Source: Narcine bancroftii (taxonomy: Eukaryota). Taken from it: 64,000 nt of DNA. The notes below the pieces were generated by a model that ran no database searches, was not told where the DNA came from, and saw only the letters and a program-made list of their open reading frames with translations. The position numbers and the translations under genes were made by a program. Where the stretch lies: the NCBI RefSeq assembly GCF_036971445.1, contig NC_091481.1:7378001-7442000 (forward strand). Direction: 5' to 3'. This document shows, one piece after another, positions 1 to 13,981 of this stretch; position 1 is the stretch's first letter, and every line of letters begins with the position of its first letter.

Positions 1-672
1 TATTAATAGAAAATTATGAAGCAGTTTTGTAAACATCACAACTTCTAACAACCAAATCACTTGATTTTGCTACAATGTGGGTAAGAACAGGTAACATCAT
101 GTTACTTTGATGCCAAAGGGAATTTCATGCATCATGTCACATTTTCAGGTACCCTCTCATCTTCCTCCATTCCTGTCTGACCCCCATCCCCTCCTCCTCC
201 CCCTTCTGAATACCGTACTAGCCATCTCCATCCATCTCTCCACTGCCCCCCTCCCATTTCTGGACCCTCCCCCCACTCTCTCCGATCAGAGCTATCATAT
301 CTCATCTATATTTCTTTTGTGCCCTCACACCCTTATCACCTCTTGCCTGTGGAACAATGCTCCTCTCCTCCCCCTCTCCCCCTTCCCATTATTTTATTCA
401 TGCGCCTGCCTGCTCACATTGGAAACATTGGTTATGTATCTATCTTTGCTACATGAGGAATGCCTCATGACTTACTCCAGCATTTCTGTGTGAACAACAT
501 TTTCATGTACATTTGTTCTCAGTGGGACCACAGATTTACAAATGCCCAGCTTTGGCAATAAAGTTCATGGTACAAACTGGTTTAACAAATTCAACTGACA
601 AAATAATAGTTCTGCAAATTACAGCTAAACATTTAGAGAAGCAAACACCTTCAATTGGTATTTTGCACAAAC

Positions 673-953
673 CTTTGCTGTTCAGCTACGTCTTTGCATG
701 CTAAAATGTTCTAATGTCTCCCATCATTTCAATTGCTTGTCACTTAACTGGTAAATTCAAGAGAATACCTGAAAGAAAACACCATTCTTGCTTTTAGCTT
801 TAGAAAAGGTCCTCTGGGATTATATTTACCATATTATTTTCAGATTGCATCACACTGGAGGACTATGAATGTAGGAGACTGAGATGAGAATTTAAAACTT
901 CTCATTCCCATCATTTCCTTCATCATTTATCAATTCAAAGATATTAAAAGCAG
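673..953 (-). pseudogene. Two relic exons (830-953; 673-768)
   Basis: AFNIFELINDEG...LKIIW |gtaaat; gttttctttcag ... AAG|gtttgt. Confidence 0.5.
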
Positions 954-1882
954 CTAACCACCAACAACATTCTTCAAAATTGTGGACTCAAATTTCCATC
1001 AGGAGCCCAATTAGCTGGAAGACCAAGTCCAGCCTTGAATACAATGTCACATGTTGTTGCGCAAGGTACTCGTTACACAGCCAAATCTAAATACCCACAA
1101 TATGCCAACTTAATTAAAGCAAAATTGATATTCACAATCATTTCGTTAATACAGGTGGCACCTCTTTAATCCTGGCCATTGTTGGACCACAGAAAATGCC
1201 AGAGAACAGAAATGGACTCCTAACAGAACCCTTTCGTAAAAGTATCAAAGGCAGAGCAAAGCTAAAAACAGGAGATAATACTGTGGGGTAGCATGGTTGG
1301 CGTAGTAGTTAGTGCAATGCCTTTACAGCACCAGCGATCAGGACCGGGCTTCAAGTCTCGCGCTGTCTGTAAGGAGTTTGTATTAATTGCAGCAGATTCA
1401 AACATGCTGGACCATGGGAGTTGCCGGACCACAGACTGCCAGATAAGAGGTACAACCAGTAGTAACTTCAAGCAAACTTGGAAATCCAGTAATTGCTTTC
1501 AGAGATTCTGAAATTCATTTGTGTGGCAGTATTTCATTTCTACAGCTGAATTTGAGTCTCTGCAGCCAGGCCACTGCCAGATTTACTTTGTTTGAACCCA
1601 AAAACACAGTACGGTTTAAGATCTGTTGTGCAGAAAAGTATTTCAGTCTTCTCTGGCATAACCTCCAGAAATCAATCAACTCACAAGTTAAATAATTTAC
1701 CAACTATTTTCACTTTAAAACGCTGCTAAAAGCATTATACTTTATTGCATGGAATACAACTCACTTTTTTTTAAATCTTCAGTTTTCCCCCAAATAAAGT
1801 TTGATATTTCAGCCTCAATCTCAAACATGCCCAGAGTTTCTTCTGAACTCTGTACAAACTTTAAAATAGCTAAAATGTGTAC

Positions 1883-1970
1883 CTTCTGAATTCTTTGCTC
1901 TAACCAGTTAGTTTGATGATATCCCAAATGGATCAAAGCAACTTTGATTTTGGGAAAGGGAAAGATCATT
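1883..1970 (-). pseudogene. EFCAB6-like relic exon
   Basis: tatctgcag ... AAG|gtacac; CFDPFG and terminal KEFRR. Confidence 0.5.
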
Positions 1971-4900
1971 CTGCAGATAATCTGATTACCTTTGCTTGCA
2001 GCTTTGAGGTCACTTCTAAGCAATGTCACACAGAATAATTTCCAGATTCACAACACTCAGATCTCACCCAAAAAGCATTTGCCTGCATTTTTCAAACTTT
2101 TCAGTCCAAGAGATTTAGAGCAAAAAAATTTGATTTATTAGTCACTTCCCAATCCAAGATAAACAAGCCCAACTACACAGCATACAATATTTCATCATGA
2201 TGTAATACAGCTCCTGATCTGATCAAATTCTGTGGTGATGAATTTATTTTTCAAGGGAGATATGTTTTTATAATCAGAATCACTTGAGGACCATTCACAC
2301 AAACATGAAATCCATAAAATTCCTTAGAAGGGCATCATCATTCTAATTCCAACTGCATTCCAGCATTGGATCTCATGAAAACCAAGCACCTGAGAGACAA
2401 CTTATGGCAGTAACCCCAAACACTGATACAGGAGAATTTAGATGCTACACCTGTGCAATGATCCCTGCCACAGATTCAGCAATTTCATTAATTTTAAGGG
2501 CAATGAGTAGATCAGAGAGAGCTGGACAAGTTAAATTAAATAGGTTTGATGTGATCAATTATAAATATTGTGTTTCAATTTTAAAATGTAGTAATTTAAA
2601 TTTTACTGAGCTTTATTTCTAGACTTGACTGCCAATAAAATTAAGGGAATTGTTTAGTCATCAGTCAAAGTATTCACACAGTCAGCCAGAGGAACAGGTC
2701 CATGCACCTTACAAGATACCACAATTGCTTTAAAATTAAACTTCAGGTAACCCACTATTATGCTGCTCTTCTTCTCTTCCCACACATCGCCCAACTTCAT
2801 TCCCCTTCCCCACCTGATTCCATCTGCCTATCGCCACACCGTCCATATCTCCAATTCCTTCCCCAAGCTAGTTCCAGCTGCCCATCATGCATCTGCATCT
2901 GGTTGCACTTCTCACTTTTTTTTAAAAAACAACTTGTCAGATTCTGCATTTGCAGTTTGTTTCAACTTATCTTCCAACCTCTGACTCTCTCTCCTACCTA
3001 ACTATAGCCTCTACTCACGACCTATATGATTTGCAACTATCTGTACATACGACTTAAAAACTGTACAAACTTTTTAAAAATATATACAAATATAAAAATT
3101 ATGCTTGGTCATACGTCCACTGGTGCTAACAGCTCATGCATACAAAAATGACCGTCAGACGATATCCCGGCATTGTGTACATCACTACATCTCTCAATTC
3201 TCAGAATAAAAGAATGCTGTACAGGTACAGCAGGCTGTTGGGTGAGCGCAGGAAGTGGGATCAGTATAGGGACTGATAGCAGGCTGTCGGGAGAGCACAG
3301 TGTCCAATAGTGTGGGGACTACATGCCATGCTAATATGTCCGACGCATCCATTTTGAGATCTGGCCAGTCGGTCAGAACGGAACTTGGATGGATGTCAGG
3401 GAATGGCTGTAACTCCATCTTGCCTCCCTTCAACCTACTGAGTTCCTCCAGGAGAATGTGGTTTGCTCCAGATTCCAGCATCTATATTTTCTTTGGTCTC
3501 CAAAAGGAGACTTGGTCACAAAAGCTGTGTTGTGATTGGAAGAGTATCAGGTTCGGTGGGTTCAGAGAGTCTGAACACAAGTGTTACAATCACAGCTAAT
3601 TTTAATGAACACAGGAGAAAAACCAGGAAGAATGTTAAATGGTACTCAATTTACTACTAAATAATGCTATAAACACTCACATTGGACCCAGGTTGGACTC
3701 CAATAACAGTGGCCGCCTATACTCTACACACTCACACACTCTACAAGCAGGGACTTTCACACTCACACACACTCCCAGTTCCCTAATGGAGGTGCAGCTC
3801 TCTGCAAGTACTGATCTATCGCAGTACTATGGCTCAGCTTGTGTCGTGTATCCACTTCCAACGACGTCCACAGTAGCAACCTGGCATGGAGCGATGTCTA
3901 AGGCTTGGACCACATGGTAGAGAAACAGAATTTGCTATGCGTTGATGTTATGTACAGTTCTGATCTAGGAGCCAAGCCAGTAATGACCCTAGGTAATTTA
4001 ATCGAGCCAATGGCACTAATGGGTGGCCAGAGTTGAACCTTGATTGACAGATGAAGGGACTTCCAATTTCAGACAGACAGGACACATGACCCTTCACAAT
4101 CCACAAAATTTCAGACAGGCAGGGAAGCCACGTGTTTCTCCACAATCCACTGCTGCTGCTACATGATAAAGATATATTAAATGGAGAAAATGTCTGATAG
4201 TGGTATACAATTTGGGAAAGAAAACAAAAGCAATACAGTAAAATATGTCATCCAGAATTCAAGCAACCAGCAGCCAAAAAAAAAATCAGAAAATAAGTTA
4301 AAAAAAATAAGGAAGTTTAAAATTGGCATGCCTCGCCATTAGTTTGCCAATCGTGCCACACACCATCTCAAGCAACAGTAAAATACAGTTATCCAGCATC
4401 CACCAATCCCCATCGATTTCAGGGGTTTTACTGCATTTTGTTTATATGGAGACATTTCAGAATGCTGCTGTATTGAGGAATCAAGGTATCTTCATACACA
4501 AAACACAAATGCTGATATGGGTACAGCAGCTAATTTGGAGGCCAAATAGAACGTTGGCCCTTTTCCGAATGTTTTCATATAATCAGCCACTGATGCAACA
4601 TTAGCGCACAGCTTAAGTACAGTACTTAAGCACTTAGCACTTAGGGGGGCTGTGGAGAAAAGGGAAGAACCTTTTAGCCTTGGTAGAATCTAGCAAACAC
4701 CATTTGTGTGTGCAAAGATGGTAGAAGCAGAAATTCCCAATCTGCTGTGTTCTTAAAGAAGCCATCACTTTCATCAGGAGGAATCAGGCCAAAAATTGCC
4801 ACTTTCTGGATAATGAATGTTTGATGATTCTCTTGACTAAACAAATTTCAACATTTATTAAGAATCAAGTATTACTCCAGAATGTGCATTACATTTAACT

Positions 4901-5322
4901 TTTAGAAATTCATGTTACTTATAAAACATTACAAAATATATTCAGTCGACATCATGTCATCAAGGAAACTTGATTCAGTAGGCATGAATGGATAAAAATC
5001 TTGGCTGCAGTTATATTCTTCACAAAAAAACAAAACTGGAGAATTTGCAGATGCTGGAGTTGAGTGCAATGCACAAACGTGCTGGAGTAACTCAGCAGGT
5101 AATGTAGGAAGTAAAAGGGCCAAGTTGCAGGCCCTGATGTGCATATACTTTGTTACAAGGTCAACAATGACCCCACCTACATTTTGTTGGCAATCTCCAT
5201 GTGTTATGACAGAACAAGCCTTCCAGAAGGCACACACAAAAAAAACCCACAATCCATAAGGCAATCAAGGAAAGACCTGCTAAGTATGTGTGAAATGTAA
5301 AGGGAGTGTAAAGAATCCTTTA

Positions 5323-6071
5323 AACCCCTTTTCCACTGGAATTTATGGCCAGTTTACTGGTTAAGGGTCCAATGGAAAAGCAATTCAATCGGCACACCGG
5401 CGTCAAATGACAATAAATAATGAAGGGGATTGACGGTCTCAACCCCTACTCAGATCAGCTGATGCCGGCGAGCCGATTAAACCAGTGGAAAAAGGACATG
5501 TGGCATCCTTGGATTACAGGTGCCTAACCTTTTATCCAGGATCGTCTGGACCAGACACCTGCAATTGTTTTGAATCTTTGCCATTCTCCCAACCCCTCCC
5601 CCTCCGACAGGGCCGGTACAAAACTATTTGCGTCCTAGGGCGGGCTGAGCATAGTTGGGGGGGGGGGGGGGTGAAAGAGAGGGTGCTGACCGGGCTCAGC
5701 GATGGTTCAATATCAGGTGGAGGTCAGAGGCGATGGGGTAACCTGGGAGCTCGACCAAAAAGGTGGGCAGTGTCGGCTGCTCGAAGCCGGTGGCCAAGAG
5801 AGGTGGAAGACTGGACATGAGGTGGACAGCTGCAGGAGGAGTGGGCTGTCGGCTTGCAGGTGCTCCACCAGCTCGTTGGGCCGGCCCTCAGGCACACCGC
5901 GGGAGCGCAATACTATCCGTCTCTGACACCACCACCCTCTCCAACCACCCCCCCCCATCCATCTAACACCCTGTATCCCGGTTAAAAGTGGTCCAGTGGA
6001 AACAGCAAAAATGATTTCTTTAACCGAGTCACTACCCAGCCAATTAACCTGGGACACGTGGAAAAAGGGCT
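5323..6071. mobile_element. PIF/Harbinger-like MITE
   Basis: 14-bp imperfect TIRs AACCCCTTTTCCAC / GTGGAAAAAGGGCT; internal CAGTGGAAA repeats. Confidence 0.5.
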
Positions 6072-6470
6072 ACTAACAAGATGCTGGAAATATGAAAAAT
6101 AAGACAAAAATGTTGGAAATATTTAGTATACAAAATGAAACAATTGACATTTAAGGTTGACAACCTTCCATTATGCTGTAATGGTGTCGAACTAACTGTT
6201 AGCTAACTGTACCACTCTGCATGTTGTACTTTATATGTACCCAATAACTCCCTTTTAATTATTCTTACTTTTAACCAACAGCAAGAGACAACTCACAGCA
6301 GCCCAACTGCATTTGGAATATGGGAGGAAACTCACATTGTCAATGGGACAACATGCAAGTCCCACACAGACCCAGCAGAGATCAGCGTCAAATTTGGGTC
6401 ACTCGTCCTGCACCACTAACCTGCCTGTGCAAGCTGAAATCTGAAAACGTTGGAAGTAGCATTGCTTTAC

Positions 6471-6691
6471 TTTCCTGGTACTAAACTTGAGTTTAAAAAT
6501 TTTAAGATGGTAGAAAGCATTTCATAAATTTTTCAGATGTTTATATGGCCATTTTAAAAATAATCTTCATTGTTTTTCCAGATTGTCCAGAATAAATTTA
6601 AACTTTTGAAGTGCTCTCAGACCACTAAAAATAATCCACAATTGAGCCGAGAAGGTAGAAGGCATTTTTTTCCCAATAGTCGAAGAGCCAC
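6471..6691 (-). pseudogene. EFCAB6-like relic exon
   Basis: Acceptor cttttccag; ALRL/LFDY..SIVDYF/EHFKSL..NGHINI/KFMKCF, together one degenerate EF-hand pair. Confidence 0.6.
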
Positions 6692-7048
6692 CTGGAAAAG
6701 TGGTACCAACACTCATTCTGGATCATTAAAAATCATTAATCTCTGTATACATTATAGATTAACAGTTCAATTTGATTTCACAGGCAAAGCTGATATGAAC
6801 AACATAGCAAAAAGTAGCACTCCATTCACAACTAAATTTTGTTTGCCTTGGCTCTGGTTAAAGTTTTGTTTTTTTTAAAACTAAGACACTTTTGTATCGT
6901 TTCCACAGGGAAAGAGCAATCAATTTCTCACCACAATAAATTTGATACAGTTCTGTCCATTTGCTGATGGATCTGGTACTAAATACATGGTAGAACTTTA
7001 ATCATTGTGTCCAGAATCTGCCACATTAGATGAGCATGCAAACTTTAC

Positions 7049-7148
7049 CTTCTGATTATTTACCGGTAATTCATTCTCTCAGTATATAGAATTGAAATGA
7101 TAAAATTAGATTATGAGCATTAAGTATTGTACAACTTTATATTTACTG
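7049..7148 (-). pseudogene. Probable relic exon
   Basis: gtttttatag ... AAG|gtaaag; KVVQYL / ILRE*ITGK. Confidence 0.4.
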
Positions 7149-7391
7149 CTATAAAAACAAATTTTCCTGATACATCCCTCTTTGAATTTTAAAAAAATGA
7201 CTTCCATTTGAAACAGAAAAAGCGCACGGACAGTTTGGGCCAGAGTGCAATTCATAACATTTCAGTTAATTCTTCCTTCCCTCGCCCTGAACTTCAGACC
7301 AGTGCAAATACCATCCAGCTTTGACATTAGTCATTATTTAAATGAGTGCCAACAGCTGAAACTCCAGAAATCTAGTCAGCAAATAACTCAC

Positions 7392-7492
7392 ATTATTGTG
7401 AATATTTCATTCTTCTATCAAATCACCGTACTTCAAAGCAGTTCATTACATCTGATACACTTCGAGATATTTCTAAGAAATCCCTTAAGATC
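7392..7492 (-). pseudogene. EFCAB6-like relic exon
   Basis: catttcag ... |gtgagt; ILRDFLEISRSVSDVMNCF / KYGDL. Confidence 0.55.
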
Positions 7493-8668
7493 CTGAAATG
7501 TGTTTATTTCTTCTTGTTTGAGTCTTATCCACATCAATACAGGTACCAAAGCTTGAGGCAGAGTGTTCCATTCTTAATTGAGCACAAGCTAGAATAATGG
7601 GTCCGTTATTTAAAACGGGCAAGGAATGGCTCATAGAAAGTCACAAATCTTTGAAATTCTCTATTCCAGGGAGTTGAGAAGGCCAAATTATTCAATGTAC
7701 TAGAATGATTTATTTTATTTTTATTTGTAAAAGCCTTCAAGGGGAACAGCAAGAAAATGGGGGCCAAGGCAAGATCATAGCAGCTGTGGTTTTAGTGGAC
7801 AGTGAATCATGCTCAAGGGACCAGGTAGCAAGTTCCTGTTCATGGTTCTGATGTAGCTATTGAAGAGTTATTTATATCAGTTTCCAATGTATGGATCTTC
7901 TGGTTTTTTTTATCCACTTGGGATAGGGAAAATGGCAAATGATTTCAAAATATTTAAGCACATCTGCATTTGCATCAAAATTACTTTATTTCAATATAGC
8001 AGTTTAAATACAGCTATTCATTTCCAAAGGGCAAAGATCTTGGGTAGAAAAAATAAATTACTGACTAGAAGAGTCAGTACAAATACTGCAAGACTGCCAT
8101 CAACACCACGCATACCACAGATGACTTTATGGTCCCAATACAATAATAACCTCAGTGTTGAGTGGAGTACATGACCGGCTGCCCAAGTATACACAAACCT
8201 TCAATTATCTTCACAGACTGAAACCTATCCAGCTCTCCAATTAAGATGTTAACTTGAAACAATGGGGAGTTTTAGAATTGTAGAAACTACTGCTCATGAC
8301 ATTCAAAACGCAACTTTTAATACCCATTTTGGCTCAGGACTTGCATATTTTGTCAGATTTGAATTTCCCCCCCCCCCCCCCCACTTGTATAGAACTATTA
8401 AAAACAGCTCCTAATTATTCTGTAGTAATTATTTACCATGTTTATCTTTATCTTTAGTAAAAATTCATTTCTAACACCCCTAACTCTTCAGATCATTTCA
8501 CAGAAGAGGCAATGTTGTTTTTAAATTAAAGCATATGGAGAAAGGAGCTGTGGACATTTGAAGGATCAGAATAGCTATACTAGTAGTTGGTGCAGTATCC
8601 TTTGGAGAAACACTGAGAATATCATGGCCATTTTTCCACATTACCTCAAATTTCTAGAAACTGTATAA

Positions 8669-9262
8669 TGTGGCCTCCACGTCTGGAACCTGGTGGAAAT
8701 GGAGTCACGTGGCCTCTCTGCCAGAAACAAGGTGGGAATGTGGATTGTGGAAGGTCACTCGACCTAGTCAGAACCAGCATCACCTGCCGATCAAGATTGG
8801 ACTTTGCCCACCAATTAGTGTGCACCTGACCAATGGGCTCTTTAAATCACTTACTGATTAACTGGGCCAGACTCCCCAGCTGACTGAACTTTAAAAGCCC
8901 ACTGTGTGCAGCCAACCCATCTTTGCTCCTTGGTTTTGACTACAAACGCCAGGTCACAAACATCCGGGGAGAGTCACCGGTAAAGTGTGCACTACATTTA
9001 GAGCAAAGCCATACTATCATGTGGGAATATCTTGCATTGACCATACCCTATTGACACAGGGAAATCAGGTGTGTGTGTTGAACTCCCTATCTTGTAAGAG
9101 TGTGTTAGTAATGAATATTACTGCATACGTGTATTAAGAGTAGGTAACCACTGGTATCAGAGATAGCTGTATCCAACATGAAAGTATCAAGAGTTGTTTC
9201 TGACTTGCCCATTAGGATTTCCCTGTCTGAACTTGCTTCTCTCTGAACCCACCGAACCTGAC
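8669..9262 (+). mobile_element. Solo LTR-like element (related inverted copy at ~3546-3914)
   Basis: TGTGG start; 3' end CTCTCTGAACCCACCGAACCTGA is identical to the reverse complement of 3547-3569. Confidence 0.5.
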
Positions 9263-9749
9263 TTTAATCTTGTGCAACCCCAAGCCAGTAACTTCAGAGG
9301 TATTAAAATAAATAACATGCAGCATTTTAATATCAACTGTACCAACCTCCTGTTGGCTCTGATTGAATCACATGACATATTTTGCCAGAATATCTCAGAA
9401 TCATCATCCAAATTACTTTTGGACCAAATTTCCCAAGTGCAATGGGACATACAAACCAAAAGCTTTGATTTGACTATAATTAGGTAATTTTCAAACCAGG
9501 TTCAAAATCTTTGTTTAGATAAAATGTAGTTCGTCACATGTGTCTGGGCACAAATCCAAAACACAATCTGACCTTCACAAGGAAGGTAATGTTCGGAAGT
9601 GACTGAACATGGTATTTACTTAGTATTAACCAATACTTTGGAAAAAAAATGCATATGTGGAGAATCAGAAGAGGCAGAAATGTCATTTCTTTGAAAGTCT
9701 TACACAGAATATATTAATTCTGTTATACATTTACTCCTTCTATACCTCC

Positions 9750-10500
9750 AGAGAAGATGGGGTGAGGTTCCTTCAATCCCCGACCACCATCACCACCACC
9801 TTCTTTCACCTAACTGAACTTGTTCTCCTATTATACAGCAACTTCTGCAACCCCACTCACTTCCTCCAAATCAAAAGATGTGGCTATGAGAACAAGAATG
9901 GGCCGAAGCTATCAGAGTTTCCACGGTGCATTTATGGAACATAATTACTTTAATCATTTAACCCTTTTTCGGTTTTTCTTAATGACTGTATTGTTGCTGC
10001 TTGCTGCATTGGTACAGAACATGAAAATGTAGTGACCTTTCTGCCAGTTTTCATACTTCTGTCACATTCATCTGGTCTATTTATAACCACATGACCTACA
10101 TTTCCAGCTCATGCAATATCCATAAGCCAATCAAGTCCCCCAACAATCTCGATCACCTGCTCCATCCTGCTTCCCAAAAGGACTCCAAATGATCTCTCAA
10201 TTTCTGGTCTCGTGTCAGCTTTGATGACAAGATCTTCCACATTGGTCCCTGTAAAATGTCTTTTTCCCTTCATCACAAGTATTTCATGAAAGCCTCCTAA
10301 TATCATCTACGTCCGATATTAAGGGCTCTCCATATCATCTGTCTATGTCTAATTCCTCCATGTCTGCTTTCACTCTTGCCTCCCAACCAGGTTCAAACTC
10401 TCAATGTCCTCCTTTCCTATCACATAGCACTCAAATTCAATGGATCTTGTGTAATTTCTGACACCTTTATAGAGATTCTCCCACCAGACATCATCCATTT
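9750..10500 (+). mobile_element. Penelope-like element RT relic
   Basis: THFLQIK / VAMRTRMGRSY resembles the PLE RT motif QIKGVAMGTRMGPSY. Confidence 0.7.
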
Positions 10501-11499
10501 CCCTCGTCCTTCATATCGTCAAATACCCTACCAAACTGCTACAGCTGCAAAGTGGAAAGTATACTGACTGGCTGCATCACAGCCTGGTTTGATAACACGA
10601 GAGCCCAGGAAGGCAGAAGGTAGAAAGCATACCCAGGTCCAAAGGCTCGGACCTCCCATCCCCTGTAGACATCTAGGCAAGGTGCTGCCTCAGGAAGGCA
10701 GCCAACATCATAAAGGACCCTCATCACTTTGGTCACAACCTCTTCTCACTGCTGCCTTCAGGTAGAAGGTACAGAAGCCTGAAGATCAACACGTCTAGAT
10801 TTAAGAATAGTTTCTATTCAAAGGCTATTAGACACTTAGTTACACTAATCAGGGGCTGTTCCAACACAAAAAGGAATGTCAGCATCATTTTAACTCTTTT
10901 TCTGGCACAATGTTAACTGTCAATATTTCTCATTTTTGTATTTATCTCTTTTCAATCAACACTATTGTGGTCATAGACCACCGTTCTTCCTTCAGTAGTA
11001 GCGTCCCTAACAAACTCATTACCAAACAAGAAATAGAAGCAAATTTAGGTCATTCAGCCCAATGAGCCTGCTTCACCATTCAAATCATGACCGATTTATT
11101 TTTCCTCTCAACTCCATTCTCTTGCCTTTTCTCTAACGTTTCCCTCCCTTATTAATCAAGATCATATTAATTTTTGCTTTAATTATACGCAATGATAGCC
11201 TCCACAGCTATCTGTGCCAGTGAATTCCACAGATTCATCACAATCTAGCTGGAGAAATTTCTCCTCACCTTGACTTCAGTCGCCCTCTCTACTGATGTGT
11301 GCTCAGTCCCATATTATACTCCCTCCATAGCTAAATACTATTATTCTTCAATTTTGTCAATGGCTGCACATCAAAAAACGACAAGACTGAATCCAGGTTA
11401 GAGATTGAAAATCTAGTGGCATAACCTCTCACACGATGTCGACAACAAGATGATCACTGCACAAAGATGAAAATTTTCTGGGGCATGTTCTGAAAATAA

Positions 11500-12920
11500 A
11501 ATTATAAAAGTGGGTTTTCCCACAGGATCCAGAATTGTCCCTTCTGGGAAACATTATGGATATGAGTTTTAAATTGTCCATATACCAAATTCAGTTTGTG
11601 AAGATTACCTGGTCAGTAGCCAGGAATGATAATAGTGATCACGTGGAATTCCAACTCCCAACTAAATATTACACTATGGAATACAGAAATGCAGAGTTGT
11701 ATTCCCCTAGAGAAAGTCATGTACAATTTAAGAAGGAAATATGGCACATTTATTAGGGTGCGGCAACCCTATCTGCAGCACATTGGTGCGCAGATATAAA
11801 TATACCCTTTCTGAATAAAGGAAAGGCAACATGCCAATAGTGGAATGCTTGAGATCAGTGAAGTGGGTCGTGGTGCAGGCGACGTACTCTTGTATTTTTT
11901 TGCCTGATCTTTTCTTTCAATTCCCTTCAGGATTTTTCTTTCAATTCCCTTCAGGGTTTTTCTTTCAATTCCCTTCAGGGTTTTTCTTTCAATTCCCTTC
12001 AGGGTTTTTCTTTCAATTCCCTTCAGGGTTTTTCTTTCAATTCCCTTCAGGGTTTTTCTTTCAATTCCCTTCAGGGTTTTTCTTTCAATTCCCTTCAGGG
12101 TTTTTCTTTCAATTCCCTTCAGGGTTTTTCTTTCAATTCCCTTCAGGGTTTTTCTTTCAATTCCCTTCAGGGTTTTTCTTTCAATTCCCTTCAGGGTTTT
12201 TCTTTCAATTCCCTTCAGGGTTTTTCTTTCAATTCCCTTCAGGGTTTTTCTTTCAATTCCCTTCAGGGTTTTTCTTTCAATTCCCTTCAGGGTTTTTCTT
12301 TCAATTCCCTTCAGGGTTTTTCTTTCAATTCCCTTCAGGGTTTTTCTTTCAATTCCCTTCAGGGTTTTTCTTTCAATTCCCTTCAGGGTTTTTCTTTCAA
12401 TTCCCTTCAGGGTTTTTCTTTCAATTCCCTTCAGGGTTTTTCTTTCAATTCCCTTCAGGGTTTTTCTTTCAATTCCCTTCAGGGTTTTTCTTTCAATTCC
12501 CTTCAGGGTTTTTCTTTCAATTCCCTTCAGGGTTTTTCTTTCAATTCCCTTCAGGGTTTTTCTTTCAATTCCCTTCAGGGTTTTTCTTTCAATTCCCTTC
12601 AGGGTTTTTCTTTCAATTCCCTTCAGGGTTTTTCTTTCAATTCCCTTCAGGGAATTTCTTTCAATTCCCTTAAGGGTTGTTCTTTCAATTCCCTTAAGGG
12701 TTGTTCTTTCAATTCCCTTAAGGGTTTGTGATTTTACTGATATTGACCTCTTAGTATTTGTTTAATTTATATAATCTTTTCTTTGTTAGACAGTATTAGG
12801 GTATGGGGAGCGGGGTGGGGTAAAAAAAAAATAGACTGTTATATACTATTGTTGGAAGAGATTGTGTTTGTTTGAATTTATACATCTTTGAAAATCAAAA
12901 ATAAAATATTCAAAAAAAGA
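11500..12920 (+). mobile_element. Older L1 3' end hosting the 24-bp minisatellite
   Basis: Degenerate EMQSCIPLEKVMYNLR..QPYL C-terminus, then UTR and A-rich tail at ~12895-12918. Confidence 0.65.
11909..12724. repeat. 24-bp minisatellite (TTTTTCTTTCAATTCCCTTCAGGG), 34 copies
   Basis: Read directly; variant units only at the ends. Source of the spurious FFFQFPSG ORF. Confidence 0.98.
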
Positions 12921-13701
12921 GGGGACATAGTCTATATTCCTGCTCACATTAATCGTACTGAAGTCAAAAGAGTTTCAAATTTTCAAGAATAACGATCTCC
13001 AATCACCTGATCTTGGGCAAGCATGTTGATGCAACAGTAAAGAAATCACACCAATGCCTCCAACTTCTTTGAAGGACAAGTTCAACATGTCCATCTTGTC
13101 CATCGACATACAAATGTATCATCAAACACAGCTGGTTTAGCACATCACAAACTTCCCTCCAGGGACTCATTTACTACTCCAATGGCCTAGGAAAAGGCAG
13201 CCAAAAGACAGAAGGACCCATCATACCTAGATACATCTCTTCTCCCTCCTCCCATTAGGGCGTGAAGGCGTCAGACTTGAAGGCAGTTTGTTCCCCACAG
13301 CCATCAAGCTCCTGAACAATCACAGAAGTGTAGATTATGCTTGGTGCCAATTAATCACTCTTTTCATTGCAATCCTATATTCCATAAATTGTGCTCTTTG
13401 CATTGCTGTTGAAATATCAAAGATGACCTGTTGGTTTGATTATAGAAAGAATCCGTGGTCTCACCGTACTCCATATAGTGCGACAAATAATCTTAAACTG
13501 AACTGACTCATTTTCTCTCCTCACTTCTGACAAAGGTTACTGTTTCTCTTCCCAAAGAGATTGCCTGGTTTGTTGGGTGGTTTCTAACATTTTATAATTG
13601 GGTCTTTACAACAGAAATGTAATAAAATTTTAAAATAGAAGGGATAGAATTTGTCACCAATTTTATTACCCGAGTTTCTAGATCAAGTCAAAATAGCTCA
13701 C

Positions 13702-13981
13702 GTTTGCAAACTTTTATGGGCTTGATCAAAAAAAATTTTCTCTGCAGTCTTATAAAGCAGCAATGTGGAAAACTCCCCCCTGCCCACATTTTTTCTCTTT
13801 ATAATTACCACCACACAATCCTTCATGCCGAATTGAAAATTCAACAATTGATCCAAAGGATAACCGTGATCGCCAGTTCCACAAGTACAGCCCATTCCAC
13901 CACTTCAAGCCTGCAAATAATTGCCAGCAAAGTTCCTGGAGGTGGAGCTTCAACCCATGATATTTTAATAATTGGATACAG
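13702..13981 (-). pseudogene. Probable EFCAB6-like relic exon
   Basis: cctaag ... AC|gtgagc; non-repetitive, coding-like sequence with three partial overlapping frames. Confidence 0.45.

Noticed and set aside
1290-1372. tRNA gene
   Set aside because: The A/B boxes belong to a multicopy SINE head with the SINE core attached; no cloverleaf.
3547-9261. Exact 23-bp inverted match (3547-3569 vs 9239-9261)
   Set aside because: Best explained as conserved ends of two oppositely oriented LTR-like elements.
11831-12673. 280-aa FFFQFPSG repeat ORF
   Set aside because: By-product of a stop-free 24-bp minisatellite in an L1 UTR; no promoter or splice support.
11909-12724. CRISPR-like array
   Set aside because: Units are contiguous with no unique spacers; vertebrate context; no cas genes.
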